From contig JAOPTX010000004.1 of assembly GCA_051532055.1 (NCBI GenBank), positions 126,930 through 190,929 of the forward strand: a stretch of 64,000 bases of DNA, read 5' to 3'. The number at the start of each line of letters is the position of its first letter. Position 1 is the first letter of the stretch. Under the pieces are notes generated by a model that ran no database searches, was not told where the DNA came from, and saw only the letters and a list, made by a program, of their open reading frames with translations. Positions 40,660 to 49,220 of this stretch are shown in pieces. The position numbers were made by a program, and so were the translations under genes. This stretch comes from Fibrobacterales bacterium. GTDB lineage: Bacteria > Fibrobacterota > Fibrobacteria > Fibrobacterales > JAOPTW01.

Positions 40660-41109
40660 TTGGATTTTTCTATTGATCAACTATTAATTGGTGGGTTATT
40701 TGGTCTCGCAGCACTCAGCGCAGTGGCTTATAATGTAATGCCCTTTAGGAAAATGCCTGCCCAACGACCTTCAATTGCATGGCTTCCAAAGTATCGTTCG
40801 GTTATTCCGTTCCCTGAGTATCTTTTAGATGCTGATGATAAAAAGGCTGCACTCGAGCAGATGCTCCTTATATATGGTTTTGAAGAGCATGGTGGTAAAG
40901 AAGGCAATTGGTGTTTTATACGGTATGCACCAAATGATAAGCTCTACTATTCAATTCCTAAGGCTCGGGTACGAATACTTTTTAACGCAGACAATAGTAT
41001 GGAGCTGCGGCTTGCTGCTCCAGTTATGCTCACTTATGATAGAGGTGAGTATTATGCGTTCTTTAATGAGTTATCAAATCAGTTAAGGGATTTCAAAGGA
41101 TTCAATTAA
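40660..41109 (+). CDS. Hypothetical protein with N-terminal membrane anchor
   Basis: 149-aa ORF directly after the MCP, TTG start, hydrophobic N-terminus; no recognised motif. Confidence 0.55.
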   Translation: MDFSIDQLLIGGLFGLAALSAVAYNVMPFRKMPAQRPSIAWLPKYRSVIPFPEYLLDADDKKAALEQMLLIYGFEEHGGKEGNWCFIRYAPNDKLYYSIPKARVRILFNADNSMELRLAAPVMLTYDRGEYYAFFNELSNQLRDFKGFN

Positions 41110-41393
41110 ATAATTATTCTCTAATTGTTGTCCTATAGGCATTAAGGAAAGTGGTACACTAACAAATATTTTAAAATTATCATGATTCATTTATCTCGGG
41201 TGTCCTCAAATATTTAAAGACTCCAACAGTTGATCAGGTTTATCTATTTGAGAGATTAGAGGGGTGTTTTATCTATTTTACCCTTCGTCACATTACAATG
41301 TAGCATTAATGAGGAGTGACTCATATTGTCCTTGTCACCTCTTCGGAATCATTGATACAATAAGTCTGAAATCAATTTTACCTGTGGTTACCG

Positions 41394-42131
41394 ATGAGAG
41401 CTCAGAATTTATCAATCCTAGAATATTCAGAAGAGATCGCGTTTCTCATGGCTGAAAAAATAGTGCTTTATTCGAGAGACCCACGTGATGCATTTCATAT
41501 TGCCCTCACTTCAAATCCTATTGTTCTTCGTATTTTAGAGATTATTTCAAGTGATGATTTTAAGCATTCAATCGTTTGGGAACGACTTCATTTCTGGTGG
41601 GTTGATGAAACATGTTTTGCTGCAGATGGACGAGATAACTTCTTCTACTTTAATGATCGATTATTCTCCCGTGTGGCCCTTCCCAAAAAAAATATTCATA
41701 GAATTTACGGAGATGCAGATCCTAAGATGGAAATTCTTCGGTATAAACATGAACTCGTTGAATTCGTTCCTATAAGGGATAACTATCCTTGCTTTGATCT
41801 ATTGCTTCTTGACTTAGGGGAGGATGGTCATGTGGCTTCACTCTATCCAGAAATTATTCCAGTACCTAATGCATCAACTCAGTTTACCTGCGTTGTGCAA
41901 GATCCTCATTCTGGACAACTCAAGGTGTCCCTGCTTCTTGATGTGTTGAATAATGCACAACGAGTTTTCTTTTTGATTAGTGGAGAAGAGCGAGCTGACA
42001 CCCTGTATCATATTTTTAAGATGGACGCGATATCAATGAGCTATCCCGCGTCGTATATTGATCCAGCAGAAGGAATTATGATGTGGTTGGTTGATCGAGC
42101 TGCAGCATCCAAGATTCAACGTTCTGACTAA
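41394..42131 (+). CDS. pgl: 6-phosphogluconolactonase-like protein (DevB/Pgl fold), divergent
   Basis: WERLHFWWVDE, NIHRIYG, FDLLLLDLGEDGHVASLYP, YPASYI, WLVDRAAA. Confidence 0.78.
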   Translation: MRAQNLSILEYSEEIAFLMAEKIVLYSRDPRDAFHIALTSNPIVLRILEIISSDDFKHSIVWERLHFWWVDETCFAADGRDNFFYFNDRLFSRVALPKKNIHRIYGDADPKMEILRYKHELVEFVPIRDNYPCFDLLLLDLGEDGHVASLYPEIIPVPNASTQFTCVVQDPHSGQLKVSLLLDVLNNAQRVFFLISGEERADTLYHIFKMDAISMSYPASYIDPAEGIMMWLVDRAAASKIQRSD

Positions 42132-42152
42132 CATTTAGCTGATGGTATATAC

Positions 42153-42189
42153 AGAAGAGGCCCATTGATAAATCAAATGGGCCTCTTCT
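42153..42189. terminator. Bidirectional terminator between convergent pgl-like and M3 peptidase genes
   Basis: AGAAGAGGCCCATT...AATGGGCCTCTTCT, a 14-bp perfect stem. Confidence 0.85.
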
Positions 42190-42211
42190 ATTAAGAATAT
42201 ATACTTTATTT

Positions 42212-43948
42212 TTAGCTCTTTAGTGCACTGATTTCTTCTACTACAAGTTGCATAAGAGGTTCAATGGTCTCTTTAGAAAAATCAAACTTAATATTCATTG
42301 CCTCAAAAAGTTCAGGAAGGGGCTTGGTACTTCCAAGGGATAGACCATTTTTGTAGGCTGTGAGAGCTTGAGTTGGATTTTCTTTGAAGTTTTTATAGAC
42401 TTGGAGTGCGCCAATTTGTGCAATACCATATTCAATGTAATAGAATGGAACTTCAAATATATGGAGTTGTTTATGCCAAAAGTAGGCCTCTTCATTGGTA
42501 AGGTCACTCCAATCAACTTCAGGTTTGAAGTCTCGGAGAATTGATACCCACTTTTGATTACGCTCTTCATTTGTGTGGTTAGGAGTTGTGTAGATCCAGT
42601 GTTGGAAACTATCAACGATAGCAACCCAGGCAAGTACTTCAACAACACCTTCAAAGTGGTTGATACGCGCTCGTTTGAGTTCATCACTATTGTAGAATTC
42701 GCTAAGGTATTCACCACCAATAAGTTCCATGCTCATGGAGGCTACTTCAGCTATTTCAGAACCGATTTCTCTAAATGAAAGAAGATCAAGCTGTTTCATA
42801 AAAAATTGGTGGAAGCTGTGCCCTCCCTCGTGAAGGAGAGTATTTACATCTGAGCTCGTACCTACGGCATTCATAAAAATAAAGGGGAGTCTCTGTTCAT
42901 CAAGGCCGCACTGGTAGCCACCAGGTGCTTTGCCGAGTCTACTGTCGAGGTCAAGGAGTTTACGGTCACGCATTAACCCAAAAATGGCACCCAGTTCACT
43001 ATCGATTGTGTTAAAAATAGTGTAGGTTTTGTTGATGAGTTCTTGCGGGGTTGTAAAAGGTTTAAGAGCAGGGCGTCCAAGGGGGTCGCAGGACGTGTCC
43101 CATGGGCGTAGGGTGTCGAGCTTAAGAAGCTTTTTCCGCTCCTCGGCACTGTTAGATTTAATAGGTACAACGACTTCTTTAATGGATTGATGAAATTGTT
43201 CACAGTCGTGTGGGGTGTAGTCGTACCGTTCTTTTGCTTTAAAAATATATTCTAAATAATCACTACAGCCACAATTGTGTGCAACCTTAAGCCGGCGCTC
43301 AAGCATGTAGTTAAAATGAGTATTAAGTACTTCTTTATCTTGGAGTCTTCTTGCTGCAACGAGTCGCCATGCTTTTTCTCGAATTGATCGATTTGGTTCA
43401 TTTAAAAGGGCAAGTACCTGTTGCAGTGTTTTTTCTTCTCCATCATAAATGACAGACATACCACCGGTCACTTTTTGATATTTCTGTACTTCAAGTCCAA
43501 TTTCTGTTTCAATAGCAATGTTTTCTTCTTTGAATAGCTCATTTTGAGTAGTTACTGATCGTACCCAGTTTTGGTATTCAGTGAGATCAGAGTGATTGAT
43601 TACTGGAGAGTTGAGCATTTTTTTGTCGAGTTTGTTTGAATAGAGAACAAACTCAGGATCGAGCTCTTCAATTAATGTTGTATAAAGAGCAGCATTATCA
43701 GGGTCTTCCGTGTAGCAGGTCATATTGATATACCGACGAGTGCCCTCTTCGAGGTAGCACGATTCCAACTCTGAACGGTTTTGTGCCCATGTTTTGAAGG
43801 TTGCTACTGTGTCAACGGACTGGGCTAGAAGCTTTTCATAATAGGGGAGGATGTCACTCCATTCTGAAAGTGAAAATGATGCATCAACGAAAGTTCGAGG
43901 AAATTCTTTTGCGGGGCGCGCAATGTGCGCCAGATTGTCTTTTGCCAT
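42212..43948 (-). CDS. M3 family oligoendopeptidase (PepF-like)
   Basis: LRPWD, GKAPGGY, PFIFMN, LLHEGGHSFH, EIAEVASMSME, HIFEVPFYYIEY. Confidence 0.93.
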   Translation of the reverse strand: MAKDNLAHIARPAKEFPRTFVDASFSLSEWSDILPYYEKLLAQSVDTVATFKTWAQNRSELESCYLEEGTRRYINMTCYTEDPDNAALYTTLIEELDPEFVLYSNKLDKKMLNSPVINHSDLTEYQNWVRSVTTQNELFKEENIAIETEIGLEVQKYQKVTGGMSVIYDGEEKTLQQVLALLNEPNRSIREKAWRLVAARRLQDKEVLNTHFNYMLERRLKVAHNCGCSDYLEYIFKAKERYDYTPHDCEQFHQSIKEVVVPIKSNSAEERKKLLKLDTLRPWDTSCDPLGRPALKPFTTPQELINKTYTIFNTIDSELGAIFGLMRDRKLLDLDSRLGKAPGGYQCGLDEQRLPFIFMNAVGTSSDVNTLLHEGGHSFHQFFMKQLDLLSFREIGSEIAEVASMSMELIGGEYLSEFYNSDELKRARINHFEGVVEVLAWVAIVDSFQHWIYTTPNHTNEERNQKWVSILRDFKPEVDWSDLTNEEAYFWHKQLHIFEVPFYYIEYGIAQIGALQVYKNFKENPTQALTAYKNGLSLGSTKPLPELFEAMNIKFDFSKETIEPLMQLVVEEISALKS

Positions 43949-44060
43949 AATTATAGTTGCCTTAAGGTGCCTTCTCTCAATGTAACAAAATAAGCTTATT
44001 CATAAGAATTAGTCACTAATTGTAACAAGAATGTACTCTTTTATGTTCACGTTGTGTGAA

Positions 44061-45440
44061 CTAAATCTTTGAAAAACGTTCAAGAAAAAGTATTTGGCTT
44101 TTTATTGCTTTCCTAAAATCATCAAGATGCAGGCTCTCATTTTCACTGTGGGCATTGGTGTAGGGATCTTCGATCCCCATGAGTAGGGTAGGGATACCAC
44201 CGAGTGCGGTTGAAAGCTCATCGGCAAGGGGGATTGAAGCACCGCAACCTGCAAATACCGCATCTGTTTGGTAACCATCTGTGAGTGCTTGTTTTGCTTG
44301 AGCAAATATAGGGTCATTTGTATTTGTAGCCCAACCATCAACAGCTGCCTCTGTTTCTATTTTGAGGTTTAGCCCCCAGGGGCATTCACCTTTAATTTTT
44401 GAAATGAGGGCAGACTCTGCTTTGGTACTGTCAATTCCTGCGGGGAGTCTTACACCCACACGCGCCCAGGCGCCATTCATAATAACGTTGCCCGCGCTTT
44501 TTCTGCTTCCCGACTCCATGCTGTTTATAATTAAAGAGGGCTCTTTCCAGAGTTTTAATAAGATTTCGTGACCATCTCCAAAGAGTTCAACCCCCTCGAG
44601 TAAGCCTGCTTGTTCTCTAAAAAGCTGGTTGTGCATCAGTAGAGATTTGTAAGAGCTAATTTCTTCTTTTGTTGGCTCTATGAGGCCCTCATAGAGTTCC
44701 GGAAGAGCGATTGTGCCGTCACTCTGTGTAAGAGAGGCTAGGACCTTACTGAGCCCCATAGCAGGATCGGGGATAGGTCCGCCCCAAAGGCCGGAATGTA
44801 AGGGGCTCTTTAATGCACTTACTTCAATATCGAGACATACCATACCACGTAAGCAGGTGGTGAGAGTGGGTTTTCCAGTGTCATAATTAGTTGCATCTGT
44901 AATAACAATATAGTCGGCAGCTAACTTGTTGCGATAGTGCTCTATAAACGAATTTAAATGAGGTGACCCAATCTCCTCTTCACCTTCGATAAGAACTTTT
45001 ATATTTACATGTAGTTTTGTGTGGGTCTCAAGTAGGGCCTTGATAGAGGCGGTGTGTACAACTATTCCCGCTTTGTCATCGGCGGTACCTCTTCCAAAAA
45101 GTCTCCCTTCTTTTTCTGTTGCAACAAATGGGTCAGAATTCCAGAGTTCTGTACGCATGGGAGGCTGTACATCGTGATGAGCGTAAAGTAGTACTGTCGG
45201 GTAAGCGGGATCAATAATGTGCTCACCATAGACATAAGGGTGAACGCCCGGAAGTGTGATGACTTCAACATTTGAAAGCCCTGAGCTGGTCATGAGTGTT
45301 GCTACTGCCTGGGCTGAGTCTGTAACTGCTTGGGCAGGGTAACCATCAAAACTGATCGAGGGAATAGCTACAAGTGCTGAAAGTGCATTAATGGTTTCTG
45401 AAAAGTGTGTCTCGTGGAACTGTATCGCTGTCTTTTGCAT
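44061..45440 (-). CDS. M20 family dipeptidase
   Basis: LYAHHDVQP, GRGTADDKAG, IEGEEEIGS, LHSGLWGG, AHSENE. Confidence 0.92.
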   Translation of the reverse strand: MQKTAIQFHETHFSETINALSALVAIPSISFDGYPAQAVTDSAQAVATLMTSSGLSNVEVITLPGVHPYVYGEHIIDPAYPTVLLYAHHDVQPPMRTELWNSDPFVATEKEGRLFGRGTADDKAGIVVHTASIKALLETHTKLHVNIKVLIEGEEEIGSPHLNSFIEHYRNKLAADYIVITDATNYDTGKPTLTTCLRGMVCLDIEVSALKSPLHSGLWGGPIPDPAMGLSKVLASLTQSDGTIALPELYEGLIEPTKEEISSYKSLLMHNQLFREQAGLLEGVELFGDGHEILLKLWKEPSLIINSMESGSRKSAGNVIMNGAWARVGVRLPAGIDSTKAESALISKIKGECPWGLNLKIETEAAVDGWATNTNDPIFAQAKQALTDGYQTDAVFAGCGASIPLADELSTALGGIPTLLMGIEDPYTNAHSENESLHLDDFRKAIKSQILFLERFSKI

Positions 45441-45514
45441 AGAGGTCTCACCGTGAGAATGAAAAGCTCATTCAAATGTACTTTAGTGGGGGCGGTTCTC
45501 ACAAGTGAGGAAAT

Positions 45515-45547
45515 AAAAAAGGCGTTTTTCTCATTGAAAAACGCCTT
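45515..45547 (-). terminator. Rho-independent terminator of the DAHP synthase gene
   Basis: AAGGCGTTTTTC-TCATT-GAAAAACGCCTT, with a U run on the minus strand. Confidence 0.8.
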
Positions 45548-45569
45548 AAAAAAAATGGAGCTGTAATGC

Positions 45570-46616
45570 TTAGTGTGAGTTTCTTAGCTCACGAGCATTT
45601 GCTGCAATCTCTCTGAGTTGAGGGATTAGTTTTAGGAGGGTCTCTGGAGTGATCGCCTGTTTTGGGTCATCACCGACACCTTGAACAGGATTACAATGAG
45701 TCTCAATAATTACACCATCAGCGCCATATGCTGCAGCTGCCATAGCGGCATTAGGAACATATTTTGCTTTACCAACACTGTGTGATGGGTCAACAATAAC
45801 AGGAGCCCATGTTTTGTCTTTAAGAAGTGGAGTAATGCACTCATCGGGATAGTTACGATACCCATCAACTGCAGGAAGTGTTCCCCGTGGGCAAAGCATA
45901 ACATTAGCATTGCCATTGCCAGCAATGTATTCTGCTGCGAGGATAAACTCGTCAATTTTACCCATATGGATAGAGCGCTTTAAGAGGACTTTTGTATCAG
46001 TATTGTGAGTGTGTTGTCCAATTTGTTGAAGCAGTTTATAGTTAAGTGCGTTACGGGCACCTACCTGAAAACAGTCAACATTTGCTGCAACACAAAGTTT
46101 TACTTGTTCGATTTCCATTACTTCAGTAACTACACCAAGACCAGTCTCTTCTTTTGCTTTCAGCAGAATTTCGAGACCTTTTTCAGATCCTTGAAATGAG
46201 TAAGGAGAGGTACGAGGTTTCCACACGCCACCACGAATAAGGTCAGCACCTGCTTCTTTAACAGCATGAGCTGTCTCGATGAAAAAATTAGGATTATTGA
46301 TATCAACAGTACATTGGCCTGCAAATACAACAAATTCTTTTCCCAGTTCTTTTCCATTGATAAGATGTTTGTGAGATGCCATCTCACTATCTTTAGCCAA
46401 TATTTTGTAAGGTGCTTGTATCGAGTCAATTTTATCGATGTAGTCAAGACCTTCAATTCTGTTTCTGAGGAGTGATGATGTCTCATCACCAATTATTGCA
46501 TAAATTGTTTTTTGAGAACCGGCAATAGGCTGAATAGTTACATCAAATTCAGCAGCGATAGCGCGTACTTCTTTGAGTTGCCCTTCGGTTAATTCTTTCT
46601 CATATGGTAAAATCAT
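45570..46616 (-). CDS. aroF: 3-deoxy-7-phosphoheptulonate (DAHP) synthase, type I-beta with N-terminal ACT-like domain
   Basis: IIGD...PYK linker, AGQC, RGGVWKPRTSPYSFQG, QVGARN, LLKR, VDPSH, IETH. Confidence 0.88.
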   Translation of the reverse strand: MILPYEKELTEGQLKEVRAIAAEFDVTIQPIAGSQKTIYAIIGDETSSLLRNRIEGLDYIDKIDSIQAPYKILAKDSEMASHKHLINGKELGKEFVVFAGQCTVDINNPNFFIETAHAVKEAGADLIRGGVWKPRTSPYSFQGSEKGLEILLKAKEETGLGVVTEVMEIEQVKLCVAANVDCFQVGARNALNYKLLQQIGQHTHNTDTKVLLKRSIHMGKIDEFILAAEYIAGNGNANVMLCPRGTLPAVDGYRNYPDECITPLLKDKTWAPVIVDPSHSVGKAKYVPNAAMAAAAYGADGVIIETHCNPVQGVGDDPKQAITPETLLKLIPQLREIAANARELRNSH

Positions 46617-46762
46617 AAGTAATAGCTTTTTTTGTTATATGGGCCTAAATGTAGATTAATCGGGACTGTTCTGCAATAAGCAGGGAGATGAATCTGTGGG
46701 GAGGGCACTTTGATACAGGTTTGATAACCGTATTGGGAACTAATTAGAGTAAATGCGAGGCG

Positions 46763-49114
46763 CTAGGGTGAAAACCACTGGTTTAACATAGAAAAGAATG
46801 ATTCTAGTTTAATTGGTTTTGCGATATAGTCATCCATGCCAGAGTCAATACAGCGCTCACGGTCCCCCTGCATAGCATTTGCAGTCATTGCAATGATTGG
46901 AGTTTTTGATGATTCTATGGTACTTTCACCCTCTCTTATGAGTTGGGTTGCTTCGAGGCCATCCATTTCGGGCATTTGAACATCCATAAAAACGAGATCA
47001 TATTTCTTCTCTTTGAGGGCATCAACTGCTTTTTTACCAGTGTCAACAATGTCAAGATCAATTTCTGAATTTGAGAGCAGTCCAATAATCAATTGTTGAT
47101 TAATCATATTGTCTTCGGCTAATAGTATTGATTTTCCAGGGAATACTTTTCTCAGTTCTACCTCGGGGGTTTCACTATTCAACGTGTTGTGTGTTTGAAT
47201 GAGTTGTTCTTTGAAGGTTCCAAGAGGTATGGTAAACCAAAAGGTTGACCCAAAATCCAGTGTTGATTTTACTCCAATAGTTCCACCCATAAGTTCAACG
47301 AGTTGTTTTGAAATTGAGAGACCAAGGCCGGTTCCGCCAAATTTGCGTGTAGTAGAGCCATCTGCTTGAGTGAATTTATCAAAGAGATTTTGAGCTGCCT
47401 CATCAGGAATTCCGATACCGGTATCTTTAACAACGACGGTGAGTTCATGTTGATGGTCGACCATTGATGTTTGAGAAAGTTCAATAGTAATGGTGCCTTT
47501 TTTAGTGAATTTGATGGCATTACTGACAAGGTTTATCACAATCTGTTGTATTCGACCGGGGTCACCGATGGAGTGAATGGGGAGTGTAGGGTCCACCACA
47601 AAAATGAGATCATTTTTTTGTTCTTTGGCTTTGAGCTTTAATAACTCTTTAACATGTGTAATGATAGTTTCAATTTTAAAAGGGATACTCTCAAGTGTGA
47701 GTTTGCCTGCTTCAATTTTTGAGAAATCGAGAATATCGTTAATAATTGTAAGAAGTGATTGTGCGCTGGTATCCACTGCTTTTGCAAATTGTACCTGTTC
47801 ATCAGAGAGTTGACTTTGTAACAATAGTCCGGTCATACCAATGATGCCATTCATAGGTGTTCTAATTTCGTGTGACATATTAGCAAGAAATTCTGATTTT
47901 GCCCTGTTGGCGGCTTCGGCGCCCTTCTTAAGTTCTTCAGTAACTCTAAGGGAGTCCTTAAGCTCCCCAGTGTGATTCGCTTCAATAGATCGTAAATTTT
48001 GAATTTCATCATGAACAATTTCGAGAGTGACTGCGATTTCTTTCAGGGGATTGTCAGGAGAAATATAGGTAGAGCCAAATGAGCCTTCCCACATTAATGT
48101 GCTACTCATTGCACTGATTTCTTCAATGTCTTGGGGGCTCACAGAAGTAGTTCGTTTATGGGCATTGGAGTCTGTAGTAATGTTGTTGATCTTATTAAAT
48201 GCGTCTTCTATACTCTCAACAAAATCCAGTTTTTGATGTACAAATGCAGTGTAGATTTTAAGAGCTGTTTTAGCGATAATACTTGCGTTGCATATGTAGG
48301 CAATGTCAGGGAAGCAGTTATATTTTTCATTCAGAGATTTAATGGTCTTGGCATAGAGAGCTCTACCGGCTGCACTTGACTTGGTCATTCCGGTGTAATC
48401 GGCTATTCGAATATATGATGCATTGCTCATAAGGCCTGTAGCAAATATTTTTTCAAGGTGGGGGACGAGCTTTTTAACGTTCTCAAAATTATATTCACCA
48501 ATAAGAGATGAGTAGAGGATTTTTCCTGGTGCCATACCAGTGATATATTCAAACCCGTTTTCACGATCGATGTAGGCCCAATCATTATGAAAAGTGATAT
48601 CAGAAAAAGAGTAATGTGACACTTCGCTCTGCCTTTCATCTACCATAGATTGAGCAGCAGTGATCGCGTGTTCGTACTTTTTCTTTAGTACGAGTGAAAT
48701 GCCAATATTAAAGGTTGCAATACCAATTTGAGCTAGTTTCCCTGCCCAAAATGGGGCATGAAGATAGACAACGCCTGCTAAGTTAGGGCTATTTTGAATA
48801 ATATGTTTTTTATTTAATCCAACCTGTTCTGATGAGAGCCTCCCGGTGATGTTGGTAAAATCATGGACTTCTACATAAGGTTTCTCGACAGTAGTTAATT
48901 GTATAAATTGCTCGACAAGCTCATAAAATCGGTCGGCATTGGCATTCTTTAAGTTTCCCGAACTACTAATGTAGAGGATAGACTTGCCTACTTTTCGAAT
49001 GTTAAATATGTAGTTTCCCCCAAGGGGTACGTTTAGAAACTGGTCGAGGGAAGTAACCGGAAGTTGGGTGATAGGGCACAGCGTTGCTGAATAGAGGAGA
49101 GGGGACTCTTCCAA
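46763..49114 (-). CDS. Cytoplasmic hybrid sensor histidine kinase/response regulator
   Basis: [41 protein letters not shown]; receiver [21 protein letters not shown]-terminal region appears to hold two similar alpha/beta domains. Confidence 0.92.
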   Translation of the reverse strand: MEESPLLYSATLCPITQLPVTSLDQFLNVPLGGNYIFNIRKVGKSILYISSSGNLKNANADRFYELVEQFIQLTTVEKPYVEVHDFTNITGRLSSEQVGLNKKHIIQNSPNLAGVVYLHAPFWAGKLAQIGIATFNIGISLVLKKKYEHAITAAQSMVDERQSEVSHYSFSDITFHNDWAYIDRENGFEYITGMAPGKILYSSLIGEYNFENVKKLVPHLEKIFATGLMSNASYIRIADYTGMTKSSAAGRALYAKTIKSLNEKYNCFPDIAYICNASIIAKTALKIYTAFVHQKLDFVESIEDAFNKINNITTDSNAHKRTTSVSPQDIEEISAMSSTLMWEGSFGSTYISPDNPLKEIAVTLEIVHDEIQNLRSIEANHTGELKDSLRVTEELKKGAEAANRAKSEFLANMSHEIRTPMNGIIGMTGLLLQSQLSDEQVQFAKAVDTSAQSLLTIINDILDFSKIEAGKLTLESIPFKIETIITHVKELLKLKAKEQKNDLIFVVDPTLPIHSIGDPGRIQQIVINLVSNAIKFTKKGTITIELSQTSMVDHQHELTVVVKDTGIGIPDEAAQNLFDKFTQADGSTTRKFGGTGLGLSISKQLVELMGGTIGVKSTLDFGSTFWFTIPLGTFKEQLIQTHNTLNSETPEVELRKVFPGKSILLAEDNMINQQLIIGLLSNSEIDLDIVDTGKKAVDALKEKKYDLVFMDVQMPEMDGLEATQLIREGESTIESSKTPIIAMTANAMQGDRERCIDSGMDDYIAKPIKLESFFSMLNQWFSP

Positions 49115-49220
49115 AATATCTCGTTAAAAGAACCTTATTTGTAGAGTATATCATTTTGTAATGAAGAGTGCAATAGTGTGCCGATTATAAACGGTGAATT
49201 ATCGGTTGAGCGCGTTCAAA

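Noticed and set aside
41264..41455. 63-aa ORF and hairpins upstream of the pgl-like gene, as a leader peptide or frameshifted N-terminus
   Set aside because: The pgl-like ORF is already of normal length, and the upstream ORF and hairpins match no family I recognise.
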